Part shown: piece by piece, positions 9,568 to 18,377 of the stretch | Layout of the letters: each line of letters starts with the position of its first letter | Numbering within the stretch: the first letter of the stretch is position 1 | Virus record (IMG/VR): IMGVR_UViG_3300042922_001062 | Location: 15,478 to 79,477 of that record | Length of the DNA stretch: 64,000 nucleotides | Reading direction: 5' to 3' (one strand) | DNA from: a virus | Program-made: the position numbers and the translations under genes | Notes under the pieces: generated by a model | What the model saw: the letters and a program-made list of their open reading frames with translations, nothing else | What the model was told of the DNA's origin: nothing | Databases searched by the model: none

Positions 9568-10482
9568 ATGGTCGAGACATATTCAGCGACGACGACCGCA
9601 GCGACGGTTGAATCGTCTTCATCCGCTGTAAGTTGGGGACCTGTCATTGCGGGCGCCGTTGCCGCTTCGGCTCTGACATTCGTGTTGATGCTGGTCGGCT
9701 CCGGCATCGGGCTCACCATGGTTTCTCCGTGGGTCAACGAGAGCGCAAGCGTTACGACTTTCGCGGTCTCCACGGCCATCTGGCTTGTCGTGGTGCAGTG
9801 GCTTTCGTCCGGGCTAGGAGGCTATCTCACCGGGCGCCTACGGACGAAGTGGACGGGACCCAAGACAGGCGAGGCGATGTTTCGCGATACCGCCCACGGC
9901 TTTCTGGCCTGGGCCCTCGCCACTCTGCTTGTCGTGTCGGTTCTAGGCTCCGCTATTTCGTCGACCGTCAACACCGGCGTGCAGGCTGTATCGACGGTCG
10001 CCTCGGGCGCTGCTCTAGGCGCTTCGGCTGGCGCGACGTCGAATGCTGGAGCCGAGGAGAGTTCAGGCGCCACCGCCTATTTCGTGGATGCGTTGTTCCG
10101 CCCAAGTGATCCTGCTCAACAAGCGGCACCCGGACCCGAGGGTGACGCTGCCGCGGCTGCGCAAGCCTCCCGGATCCTCATGGCCAGCGCGGCCGCGGGA
10201 GAGGTTTCGCCCGGCGACAAGGCCTATCTTGGCCAACTGGTCGCCGCTCGCACGGGTCTATCGGAGGCTGACGCCACGGCGCGGGTCGATGCCGTGCTGA
10301 AGCAGGTGAACGACGCGAAGGTGAAGGCGCAGCAGGCGGCGGATACTGCTCGCAAGGCGAGCGCGACATTCGCCCTCCTTGCCGCACTCTCGATGATGGT
10401 CGGGGCATTCATCGCTGCCGTCGCCGCTGCCATCGGCGGCTATCAGCGCGATGACGACAATCTGTATGTCAGAGCGCGCTAA
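9568..10482 (+). CDS. Multi-pass membrane protein (moron)
   Basis: SAVSWGPVIAG, GGYLTGRLR, RDTAHGFLAWA and several hydrophobic helices; AGGAGG RBS. Confidence 0.8.
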   Translation: MVETYSATTTAATVESSSSAVSWGPVIAGAVAASALTFVLMLVGSGIGLTMVSPWVNESASVTTFAVSTAIWLVVVQWLSSGLGGYLTGRLRTKWTGPKTGEAMFRDTAHGFLAWALATLLVVSVLGSAISSTVNTGVQAVSTVASGAALGASAGATSNAGAEESSGATAYFVDALFRPSDPAQQAAPGPEGDAAAAAQASRILMASAAAGEVSPGDKAYLGQLVAARTGLSEADATARVDAVLKQVNDAKVKAQQAADTARKASATFALLAALSMMVGAFIAAVAAAIGGYQRDDDNLYVRAR

Positions 10483-10627
10483 AGGCGCGAGTAGAGCGGG
10501 CGGAACTCATACCCTCCGTCGGAGCCCGACGTACCGTAATGGCTCGCTCCCTCTGGTCATGCTATGCATCGAGATGCATGTCACGCGAGGCGGACAGCAT
10601 TAGTTTGACGATCTAAGGAATAGGCGA

Positions 10628-10837
10628 GTGGCTACAGGTACTGTGAAGTGGTTTAACGGCCAGAAGGGTTACGGCTTCATTCAGCCAGACCAAGGTGGGC
10701 CGGATGTCTTCGTGCACATTTCCGCCGTAGAGCGTGCCGGCCTCTCGGGCCTCGCCGACGGTCAGAAGGTCAGCTACGAGATCGAAAATGATCGCCGCTC
10801 CGGGAAGGCTTCTGCGGTCAACCTTCGGGCGCAGTGA
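10628..10837 (+). CDS. cspA: Cold-shock protein
   Basis: GTVKWFN, KGYGFI (RNP1), DVFVHISA (RNP2). Confidence 0.93.
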   Translation: MATGTVKWFNGQKGYGFIQPDQGGPDVFVHISAVERAGLSGLADGQKVSYEIENDRRSGKASAVNLRAQ

Positions 10838-10861
10838 CTTTCCAGTCTGTGCAACCATTAG

Positions 10862-10884
10862 ACCCGCCGCACGCGGCGGGTTTT
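10862..10884 (+). terminator. Terminator between the convergent csp and OsmC genes
   Basis: ACCCGCCGC-AC-GCGGCGGGT followed by Ts. Confidence 0.7.
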
Positions 10885-10887
10885 AGA

Positions 10888-11331
10888 TCATCCGGCTCCA
10901 TCCGACACGCTAAGCTCCCCGCTCCGGCGCACAGACGTGTGAACGGTAACGCCTCGCTGAATTGAGTTGCTCACCGTTGAGCTCTCGATCGCCGTGCGGA
11001 TCACCTTATCAATGTCAGCGCCTTGTTCGCAGGCGGTCGCATCAACGGTGACCGATGCAGAGGTAGCGAGGGCGGGAGAGCCTTCGAAGGTCACCTCAAC
11101 ATCGACGGCGATGGACGCTAGTTTCACGCTCATCTCGTGAGCGACATACTGCAGGTCGTTGCAGAGGCACCCGCCGATTGCGAGGGCGAGCAACTCACCC
11201 CCATTGAAGCCGAGACCCTGGCCGCCGGCCTTGCCCGCTGGCCTGTCCACCACGATCGTGTGGGCGCCTGATCGCCCTACCACCGCTTGGGTTTCGGGTA
11301 GGGTTCTCAGGTGGACAGACATCGTCGCCAT
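10888..11331 (-). CDS. OsmC/Ohr-like protein
   Basis: D.P...GG.GLG.NGGELLALAIGGC motif; the second Cys appears replaced (SSTVSNSI). Confidence 0.8.
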   Translation of the reverse strand: MATMSVHLRTLPETQAVVGRSGAHTIVVDRPAGKAGGQGLGFNGGELLALAIGGCLCNDLQYVAHEMSVKLASIAVDVEVTFEGSPALATSASVTVDATACEQGADIDKVIRTAIESSTVSNSIQRGVTVHTSVRRSGELSVSDGAG

Positions 11332-11542
11332 GAATCCCTCCGCTCTTGAAAGCCTGAGCTTAGCAAGGTCACGGGCCGCATGAACACGCCTGCGATCTCG
11401 CGCCGGGGCCGTCAATGAAGAACCGGTGCAGTGAGGCCAGCCGTGTTGGAGAGACCCTTGGGAAGGGTGTCGCCGCCGCGCTCAATGCCGCGGTGAGGGT
11501 CGCCGTCATTGCCGCCTGCGGCCGCTATCTCGGATGGTGGTG

Positions 11543-11752
11543 ATGGCGTGCGGTCCCTGCGGACGGGCGCGGCATGCGTCCAAGCTGGCGCTACGCGCCG
11601 CCATGAAGGGCGACCTACGAGAGGGCGCCATTCGCGCCAAGGAAGCCGCCGCTCACATCGGGGTGAAGATCAGGGGCCACGATGCAGAAGCGACGTCTCA
11701 GGAACCTTCGGCCACGACTGGCAGCGGCGAAGCCTCGCCTCGGCTACGTTGA
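11543..11752 (+). CDS. Small hypothetical protein
   Basis: MACGPCG start with a CxxC motif; immediately upstream of the HNH gene. Confidence 0.4.
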   Translation: MACGPCGRARHASKLALRAAMKGDLREGAIRAKEAAAHIGVKIRGHDAEATSQEPSATTGSGEASPRLR

Positions 11753-12059
11753 AGGTGACGCCAAGGCGCAAGACCGCCACCGCAACGCGCTGTCACCATG
11801 GCGCGCCTGGTACCACACCGAGCGCTGGCAGCGGCTGCGCCTGAAGATATTCGAGAGGGATGCCTACACCTGCCAGCGCACCGGAGAGGTCTGTGCCGGG
11901 CGGCACCCCGCCGCAAACAGCCCCGTGGCGAACCACATCCGCCCGCACAAGGGCGACCCGGCGCTGTTCTGGGATGAGGACAACCTCGAGACCGTGACCA
12001 AGGCGGTGCATGACGGCATCGTGCAGGCGGAGGAGCGGCGCGATGATACTCGCCCTTGA
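11682..12059 (+). CDS. Terminase-associated HNH endonuclease (start uncertain)
   Basis: WY.TERWQRLR..IFERD.Y.C, NHIRPHKGD..LFWD..NL; located upstream of terS like HK97 gp74. Confidence 0.85.
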   Translation: MQKRRLRNLRPRLAAAKPRLGYVEGDAKAQDRHRNALSPWRAWYHTERWQRLRLKIFERDAYTCQRTGEVCAGRHPAANSPVANHIRPHKGDPALFWDEDNLETVTKAVHDGIVQAEERRDDTRP

Positions 12060-12396
12060 CCACCTCATCTTCGGCAATGGCTACGGCATGGCTTCGCCGT
12101 TCTGTGATGCCCGCTATTACTGGCTCGTCGACACCCACCATCAGAAGCGGAGCGGTCGGAACGGAGAGCTCTATCAGTACGGCGCCGGCTTCGGGGCGCA
12201 GCTGAGGAGCCGGCAGTGGACGCACCCCCGGGCCGGCGAACGCCGTAGACTTGCCGGCCGCGAGTTCGTGGTGTTCCACAGCACCCGGCGATGGTTCCGT
12301 GTCGAGGTGGCGTGGTCGATGGTCGGGCTGCCCCGGGCGATCGACGAGGCCAACGCCGCGCTCCGCGAGCTGGAACGGGACCTCGGGCGTGTCTAA
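12043..12396 (+). CDS. Hypothetical protein
   Basis: ATG with GGAGGAG RBS overlapping the HNH 3' end. Confidence 0.55.
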   Translation: MILALDHLIFGNGYGMASPFCDARYYWLVDTHHQKRSGRNGELYQYGAGFGAQLRSRQWTHPRAGERRRLAGREFVVFHSTRRWFRVEVAWSMVGLPRAIDEANAALRELERDLGRV

Positions 12397-12485
12397 TCCC
12401 AACCCCACAAGGTGAAAACAACAGGTCACTTGTTGTTCCGCCGGTTCGTGGGCGACCTCGACCCGGAATTTTCCCTCCATGGGCA

Positions 12486-12597
12486 GGGGGGAGGGTCAAA
12501 AATCGACCATGGGTCAACCTACGGACCGGCGCCCCCTACATGCAGAGATTTTTTCCTCCCTGGACAAATTTCGGGGTGCGTACCAGCACTGCGTACT
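12486..12597. other. Putative helper cos/packaging initiation region
   Basis: Intergenic, between HNH and terS: G-run, GTCAAAA, ACCGGCGCCCCC, AGAGATTTTTT and TGCGTAC repeats; copied in the satellite. Confidence 0.75.
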
Positions 12598-12601
12598 GCC
12601 G

Positions 12602-13171
12602 ATGAGCGATCAGAACTCCACCATCGACTGGCCGGCGATCGAGCGTGATTTTCGTGCTGGATCAATGTCTAACCGCCAACTCGCTGATTGGTACTCGATC
12701 TCGGAAGGCGCGATCCGCAAGCGGGCGAAGAAGGAAGGTTGGACGAAGTCCGGTACGCAGCCGAAAGTGCGTACCGAGAGCGCGCACCGCGCTCCTCTCG
12801 CTCCGACGCCCACAACACCGGAGACCACTGCGCCGGAGGCCATTGTCAGCCGGGGCCGCAATCTCACGCTCCGGCTTCTCGACGAACTCGAGGCCACCAC
12901 CAGCCGCATCGGCGAGCTGGAGATGATGATTGACGCTGTAGCCGACGGTGAAGACGCAGAAGAGCAACGCAAGGTCTTGAAGCAGATCATCTCGCTCAAG
13001 CAGCGCGCTGAAATCCTGAAGTCGCTCGCGCTGTCGGCAAAGACCCTTTCCGAAACGACAACCGCCGCTCCGGCCGGCAAGAAGGCCGAGAAGCAAGCCG
13101 CTGCGGAGAGGGTGGCAAGCAAGTTCGGTGTCCGTACCCCGCCTAAGCTGGTGGTCGACAACAAGCCATGA
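12602..13171 (+). CDS. terS: Terminase small subunit
   Basis: [21 protein letters not shown]...[17 protein letters not shown]; overlaps the terL start. Confidence 0.82.
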   Translation: MSDQNSTIDWPAIERDFRAGSMSNRQLADWYSISEGAIRKRAKKEGWTKSGTQPKVRTESAHRAPLAPTPTTPETTAPEAIVSRGRNLTLRLLDELEATTSRIGELEMMIDAVADGEDAEEQRKVLKQIISLKQRAEILKSLALSAKTLSETTTAAPAGKKAEKQAAAERVASKFGVRTPPKLVVDNKP

Positions 13172-14847
13172 AGCCGTGGTCCACTGCCTGTCCTGATTGG
13201 GAACGACGGATCGTTGCCAAGCAGTCGCTGATCCCGTTCGCGCCGCTCTTCCCGTCGGAAGCAGAAGCCGCCCTGGAGGTCTTCAAGGCGCTGAAGATCG
13301 TCGACGCTCCTGGCAGTCCAACATTCGGAGAAGCCTGCGAGCAGTGGGTGTTCGACTTCGTCGCCGCCATCTTCGGCGCGGCGGATCCGGAGACGGGCTC
13401 CCGGCTGATCCGAGAGTTCTTCCTGCTGATCAGCAAGAAGAACAGCAAATCGACGATCGCGGCCGGCATCATGCTCACTGCCCTGATCGTCAATTGGCGC
13501 CTCTCGGCGGAGTTGCTCATCCTGGCTCCGACGATCGAAGTCGCCGACAATTCGTTCAAGCCGGCGGCCGATATGGTCCGCCACGATGAGGAACTCTCAG
13601 ATCTCCTGCATGTGCAGGACCATATCCGAACCATCACGCACCGCGTCACCAAGGCCTTCCTGAAGGTGGTCGCTGCGGACGCTGACACAGTGTCCGGCAA
13701 GAAGGCCGCCTTCGTTCTCATGGACGAGCTCTGGGGTTTCGGAAAGAAGCCGCGCGCTGCTGCGATGCTGCGAGAGGCGACGGGTGGTCTCGTCTCGCGG
13801 CCGGAAGGCTTCGTGATCTATCTCTCAACCCAGTCCGACGAGGAACCCGCTGGCGTCTTCAAGGCCAAGCTGGACTATTTCCGGGGCGTTCGCGAAGGCA
13901 CGATTGTCGATCCGACTAGTCTGCCGGTGTTGTATGAATTTCCGGAGCCAATGGTCGAAGCGACGTCGTATCTCGACCCGGCGAACTTCTACATCACGAA
14001 CCCCAACATCGGACGGTCAGTCGATCGGGGCTGGCTGGAAGATGAATATCGCAAGATCAAGGATGCGACCGGCGGCGAGCTGCAGGTCTTCTTGGCGAAG
14101 CATCTGAATGTCGAGATCGGTCTCCGCCTCGCACAGGATCGTTGGTCAGGAGCCGGCTATTGGCCTCGCTGTGCCCACCCGGCGCTGCGCGACCTCGATG
14201 TGTTCCTGGGCCGCTGCGACGTTGTCGTCGCGGGTGGTGACGGTGGAGGTCTCGACGATCTCTTCGGGCTCGTTTTGATCGGCCGTGACCGCGATACGCG
14301 AAAGTGGCTCCTTTGGGCGCACGCGTGGGCGCATCCTGACGTGCTTGAGCGCCGACAGGAAATCGCTCCGCGGCTGCGAGATTTCGAAGCCGAAGGCTCG
14401 CTCACCATCTGCAAGCACCCGACACAGGATCACGAAGAGATCGCTGCCATTCTTCAGCGGGTTCATCGCGCGGGGCTTTTGCCGGAAGAAGCTGCGATTG
14501 GACTTGATCCCTTCGGCGTGACCGCTCTCATCGACGTGCTGATCGAGGCGGGCATCAGCGAAGACCAGATCATCGGTATCGCTCAGGGCTACAAGCTGAA
14601 CGGCGCCGTGCTTGGCCTGGAGCGCAAGCTGGCCGACGGCACCGTCGAACATGACGGCTCGACCATGATGAACTGGGTGGTCGGCAACGCGAAGGTGCAG
14701 AAGCGCGGCAATGCCGTGCTGGTGACCAAGGAAATCGCTGGCAAGGCCAAGATCGATCCACTCATGGCGGCCTTCAACGCAACGATGCTGATGGCGCGTA
14801 ATCCCGAGCCGAAGCAAACCCCTTCCTATCAGATGATCATCATCTGA
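13168..14847 (+). CDS. terL: Terminase large subunit
   Basis: ISKKNSKS Walker A, MDELW Walker B, STQ coupling motif, GDGGGLDDL and KIDPLMA nuclease motifs. Confidence 0.95.
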   Translation: MKPWSTACPDWERRIVAKQSLIPFAPLFPSEAEAALEVFKALKIVDAPGSPTFGEACEQWVFDFVAAIFGAADPETGSRLIREFFLLISKKNSKSTIAAGIMLTALIVNWRLSAELLILAPTIEVADNSFKPAADMVRHDEELSDLLHVQDHIRTITHRVTKAFLKVVAADADTVSGKKAAFVLMDELWGFGKKPRAAAMLREATGGLVSRPEGFVIYLSTQSDEEPAGVFKAKLDYFRGVREGTIVDPTSLPVLYEFPEPMVEATSYLDPANFYITNPNIGRSVDRGWLEDEYRKIKDATGGELQVFLAKHLNVEIGLRLAQDRWSGAGYWPRCAHPALRDLDVFLGRCDVVVAGGDGGGLDDLFGLVLIGRDRDTRKWLLWAHAWAHPDVLERRQEIAPRLRDFEAEGSLTICKHPTQDHEEIAAILQRVHRAGLLPEEAAIGLDPFGVTALIDVLIEAGISEDQIIGIAQGYKLNGAVLGLERKLADGTVEHDGSTMMNWVVGNAKVQKRGNAVLVTKEIAGKAKIDPLMAAFNATMLMARNPEPKQTPSYQMIII

Positions 14848-14876
14848 GGCGGCTGCGACCGCCTGGAGATCCCGAC

Positions 14877-15976
14877 ATGAACCGGATGTATTCGGTCCTC
14901 ACCGTCAAGGCGGTGGAGGATGACCAGCGCATTATCCGCGGCACCGCCACCACGCCGTCGCCGGACCGCATGGGCGATATCGTCGAGCCGCTCGGCGTGA
15001 CCTTCCAGAACCCGCTGGTGCTGCTTCACCAGCACGACAGCGACCGGCCGGTCGGCACGGTCACCTTCGACAGGCCGACGGCGAAGGGCATCACCTTCGA
15101 GGCGAGGCTCCCGACGATCGAAGAGCCCGGGCCGCTGAAAGACCGCGTCGACACCGCCTGGGGCGAGATCAAGGCCGGCTTGGTCCGTGCCGTCTCCATC
15201 GGTTTCCGAGCGCTCGAATACTCGTGGATGGATGATGGCGGCATCCGCTTCATCTCCACCGAGGTGCTCGAGCTCTCTCTCGTCTCCGTTCCGGCCAACG
15301 CCGAGGCGGTGATCTCCACCATCAAGTCGATCGACGCCCCTGTGCTCGCCGCGACCGGCAAGGGGCCGAAGGCGTCCGATCGGCCTGCACCTCCCGGCGT
15401 CTCGGGGAAATCCGTCAAACCAGTGAACCTGAGGCCGAAGGAGGCCAGGACCATGAAGACCATCGCTGAGCAGATTGCTGCTCTCGAAGCGTCGCGGCAG
15501 ACCAAGGCCGCGCGCATGGCTGAAGTCATGCAGAAGAGCATCGACGAGGGCCGCTCGACCGACGCCGCGGAGCAGGAGGAGTTCGACACCCTTGAGCAGG
15601 AAGTGTCCGCGCTCGACGGCGACCTCAAGCGCCTCCGCGCGCTGGAGAAGGCGCAGGCCGCCACCGGGAAGCCGGTGATCGCCAATCAGATCCGGACGGC
15701 CGAGCAGGGCACCACCGCGCGTTCGGGTGTCACCCTGAAGTCCGCGGCGCCGGATAAGGGCATCCGCTTCGCGCGGTACGCCAAGTGCCTCGCCATCTCC
15801 ACCAAGACCCATCAGTCCGTGGTGTCGGTGGCCGAGGCCATGTACGGCGGCAAGGATGACGACTTCATCGACATCGTGAAGGCCGCTGTCTCGGCGATGA
15901 CCACCGGCAACACCGATGCGCTCATCGGCAACGAGGGCGGTTTCGCCGACTTCGTGGAATTCCTCCGCCCGATGAC
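14877..15976 (+). CDS. Prohead protease-major capsid fusion, 5' part (interrupted by the satellite; reads on to a stop at 16004)
   Basis: HK97-type protease motifs DRMGDIV, LLHQHD, AVSIGF, ELSLVSVPAN, then coiled-coil delta domain and capsid start. Confidence 0.92.
15959..15976 (+). repeat. attL core (18-bp direct repeat)
   Basis: ATTCCTCCGCCCGATGAC, identical to 31721-31738. Confidence 0.95.
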
Positions 15977-16024
15977 GAGTGTCAACCAAGCGGTCGCGAT
16001 TTAGCGAACACTTTCAATATGTTG

Positions 16025-16049
16025 AGCCCGGCCGTGCGCCGGGCTTTTT
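16025..16049 (+). terminator. Rho-independent terminator just inside attL
   Basis: AGCCCGGC-CGTGC-GCCGGGCT followed by TTTT. Confidence 0.82.
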
Positions 16050-16079
16050 CGTTTCCGTAGTGTCCACAGCGTTCAAGAA

Positions 16080-16092
16080 AATCAATGGCTTA
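16080..16092 (+). promoter_or_regulatory. IHF binding site (second, one-mismatch site at 16012-16024)
   Basis: AATCAA-TGGC-TTA matches WATCAA-N4-TTR exactly. Confidence 0.65.
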
Positions 16093-16114
16093 CACGGGCA
16101 CCCGGTGCCTCCAT

Positions 16115-16132
16115 GCGACAAATGAGCGACAA
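16115..16132 (+). repeat. Putative integrase arm-type sites (left arm)
   Basis: GCGACAA twice, 11 bp apart; the same arrangement occurs at 31669-31686. Confidence 0.65.
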
Positions 16133-16152
16133 CGTAATCGAGGGAACTGGCT

Positions 16153-16425
16153 GTGAACGCGACAAAAAAAGCCGAAGGTGAAATCCTCTACGGGGTAAAG
16201 GCCATCGCGAAGTTTCTCGGGGTGACGCGCCGGCAAGCGCAACACCTCGTCGACTCCAAGGCGGTGCCAAGCTTCAAGATGGGGCGGACGGTGTGCGCCC
16301 GGCCCGAGCGGGTGCGAAGCGTGATTGAAGCAGCGGAGAACGGCAGGGCCGCGCCAAGCGATCAGGTGGACCAACCGCAGGACGGCGGGCAGCTTAACCT
16401 TCTCGGCGGCGGCGAACATGGCTAG
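16153..16425 (+). CDS. AlpA/excisionase-like HTH protein
   Basis: [19 protein letters not shown]...[13 protein letters not shown]; paralogue of 29218-29613. Confidence 0.75.
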   Translation: MNATKKAEGEILYGVKAIAKFLGVTRRQAQHLVDSKAVPSFKMGRTVCARPERVRSVIEAAENGRAAPSDQVDQPQDGGQLNLLGGGEHG

Positions 16426-17482
16426 CGCCAGTATGCTCCCGATCGTCACGGTGTCGAATGGCATCGTGATTGCCTCCAGCCGCGACGTGGCGGCCTATTT
16501 CGACGCAGACCATCGCGTGGTGCTGCTGGCGATCGATACGCTCATGGTTGAGGCCCCCGACGTAGCCGAGGCACACTTCCGCGAGCACCACGGCGAGGCC
16601 AGGCACTACGACATGACGCGCGGTGGCCTAGCGCTGCTGGCGCGCTCGCTGAGCGGTCCGCAGGTCGGGCGGTGGCGTGAGCGCTATCTCGAAGCCTTCG
16701 ACCGCCAGCAGCGCGCGCTGGGGCAGGGCAGCGCGCTCTCGGTGCGTCAGCATCAGCCGAGTCCGTCGCCGGCGTTGGTGCCTGCCCTGCCGGACAACCT
16801 TGCCGATGGTGAGCCTCTCACGATGTCGAGCCGGGAGATCGCCGACCTCACCGGCAAGGAGCACGACAACGTCCGCCGGGACATCAAGAACCTCGCGGAT
16901 GGGCTTTCCCTCAGCTTTGAGGAAAAGTCCGAACCGTCGGCAGGCGGGCGCCCCTCGAAGGTGTTTCTCCTTCCGAAGCGTGAGTGCCTGATCCTCGTCT
17001 CGGGGTACAGCATCGAGCTGCGTGCCCGTATCATCGATCGCTGGATGGAACTTGAGGTGCGGCAGGCGGACCCGGTGGCGATGTTCAACCCGTCCGATCC
17101 GCGCATCGTGTCGGCCGTGCTGTCCCATTGGCATCAGGAGGCCACGACGGCACACGCAGCGCTTGCCAAGGCCGAGGGCACGCTGGCGCGGATCGAGACC
17201 ACTGCCGGCTCTCTCTGCATCACGGACGCTGCGAAGGCGCTCTCGCACCCGCCCAAGGCGCTGTTCGCCAAGCTCTACCGCAACCATTGGACCTATCGGC
17301 GCGGTGGCAAGGGCGATTGGCTGGGCCATGCCGACAAGTGCCGTGCCGGCCTGCTGGATCACCAGCCTACGACTTATCAGCGTGACGGCGAGACGGTGAT
17401 CGGCACGCAGGTCGTCGTGACACCCAAGGGATTGCGGAAGCTGGCCGAGCTGCTCGCTCACGATCCGGATTGGAGGGACTGA
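16418..17482 (+). CDS. Antirepressor-like protein: two Rha-type domains plus a KilA-C (ANT) domain
   Basis: [31 protein letters not shown]...[29 protein letters not shown]...VTPKGL. Confidence 0.85.
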   Translation: MASASMLPIVTVSNGIVIASSRDVAAYFDADHRVVLLAIDTLMVEAPDVAEAHFREHHGEARHYDMTRGGLALLARSLSGPQVGRWRERYLEAFDRQQRALGQGSALSVRQHQPSPSPALVPALPDNLADGEPLTMSSREIADLTGKEHDNVRRDIKNLADGLSLSFEEKSEPSAGGRPSKVFLLPKRECLILVSGYSIELRARIIDRWMELEVRQADPVAMFNPSDPRIVSAVLSHWHQEATTAHAALAKAEGTLARIETTAGSLCITDAAKALSHPPKALFAKLYRNHWTYRRGGKGDWLGHADKCRAGLLDHQPTTYQRDGETVIGTQVVVTPKGLRKLAELLAHDPDWRD

Positions 17483-17709
17483 TGCCCGACATCATCGACG
17501 TCGACTGGGAATGCTGTGACGCCGAGGGTGAATCCTTTGAGCACCACGCCGAGCCGGACAAGGTGGCGGAAGGCCTGCTGATCGACGAGCCAGTGCTGGT
17601 GCGCTACCCCAACGGCCGTATAGCTGATGGCAACCGCATCGTGGTGACGGAGCGTGGCCTGGAGGCGCTGAAGTCCTTCGTCATCGAGGAATCGAAGGGC
17701 AGCCACTGA
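17482..17709 (+). CDS. Small protein resembling the KilA-C C-terminus
   Basis: RIVVTERGLEALK versus [13 protein letters not shown] in the upstream gene; TGATG coupling. Confidence 0.5.
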   Translation: MPDIIDVDWECCDAEGESFEHHAEPDKVAEGLLIDEPVLVRYPNGRIADGNRIVVTERGLEALKSFVIEESKGSH

Positions 17710-17820
17710 GGGGGGGAGGTCAAAAGGTCAGACGGCGTCCGTCTCTGGACCGGCGCCCCCTACATGCAGAGATTTTTTCCTCCCTGGACAAATTCGGGGT
17801 GCGTACCAGCGCCGCGTACT
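17710..17820. repeat. Satellite copy of the helper putative cos region
   Basis: 17747-17820 matches 12523-12597 at 72/75 positions; upstream G-run and GTCAAAA also conserved. Confidence 0.9.
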
Positions 17821-17919
17821 ACGTAATATCCATATGATATCAGGCAGATAGCCTCGGTACGCACCCTGCGTACCGCGCGTACTAAGTGCGCACTGCGTAC
17901 CACTGATAGCAGAGGCCCC

Positions 17920-17995
17920 GGGGGGGTATGCGGAACGTCAGGGACGCCCTTCTCTGCACCGGCGGCCTCACCAAAACTCTCGCAAAGCCAGATTG
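17920..17995. other. Second, diverged cos-like element
   Basis: G7 run, GTCAG, TCTCTGCACCGGCG with the same G-run to ACCGGCG spacing (38 vs 39 bp). Confidence 0.55.
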
Positions 17996-18005
17996 AGGTC
18001 CCGGA

Positions 18006-18377
18006 ATGTCTAATCTGGCTTCCGAGATGAGCTTCGCGGCGCGCGTCGATGAGCGCGAGCGGATGATGCTGCAGGCGATCAGCCATGCGGGATGGTGGAT
18101 GTCGCCCGACGGCCGGATCGGCGAACGGGATGCCGCGGCGCTCCTGGGGTACGGACACCCGGATTCATTCCGGAACGCGAGACGTCGCGCGGATCCTGGT
18201 GGGTGGCCACGTGTATTTCGCCTCGGCGGGAACGGAAACAAGCTGACCTATCAGGTCCGAGATCTGGCGGAGTTCGTCGAGCGCAAAGCAAATCCGCCGG
18301 CCGAAACCTACGATATTTTCCGCAAAGTCAATCGCGCGGGATCGGCGCTCTCCGACGCCCGTCGTAAGCTTGCTTGA
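18006..18377 (+). CDS. Putative DNA-binding protein (MerR/AlpA-like HTH)
   Basis: IGERDAAALLGY...SFRNAR...GGWPRVFR...LTYQVRDLAEFVE. Confidence 0.6.
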   Translation: MSNLASEMSFAARVDERERMMLQAISHAGWWMSPDGRIGERDAAALLGYGHPDSFRNARRRADPGGWPRVFRLGGNGNKLTYQVRDLAEFVERKANPPAETYDIFRKVNRAGSALSDARRKLA

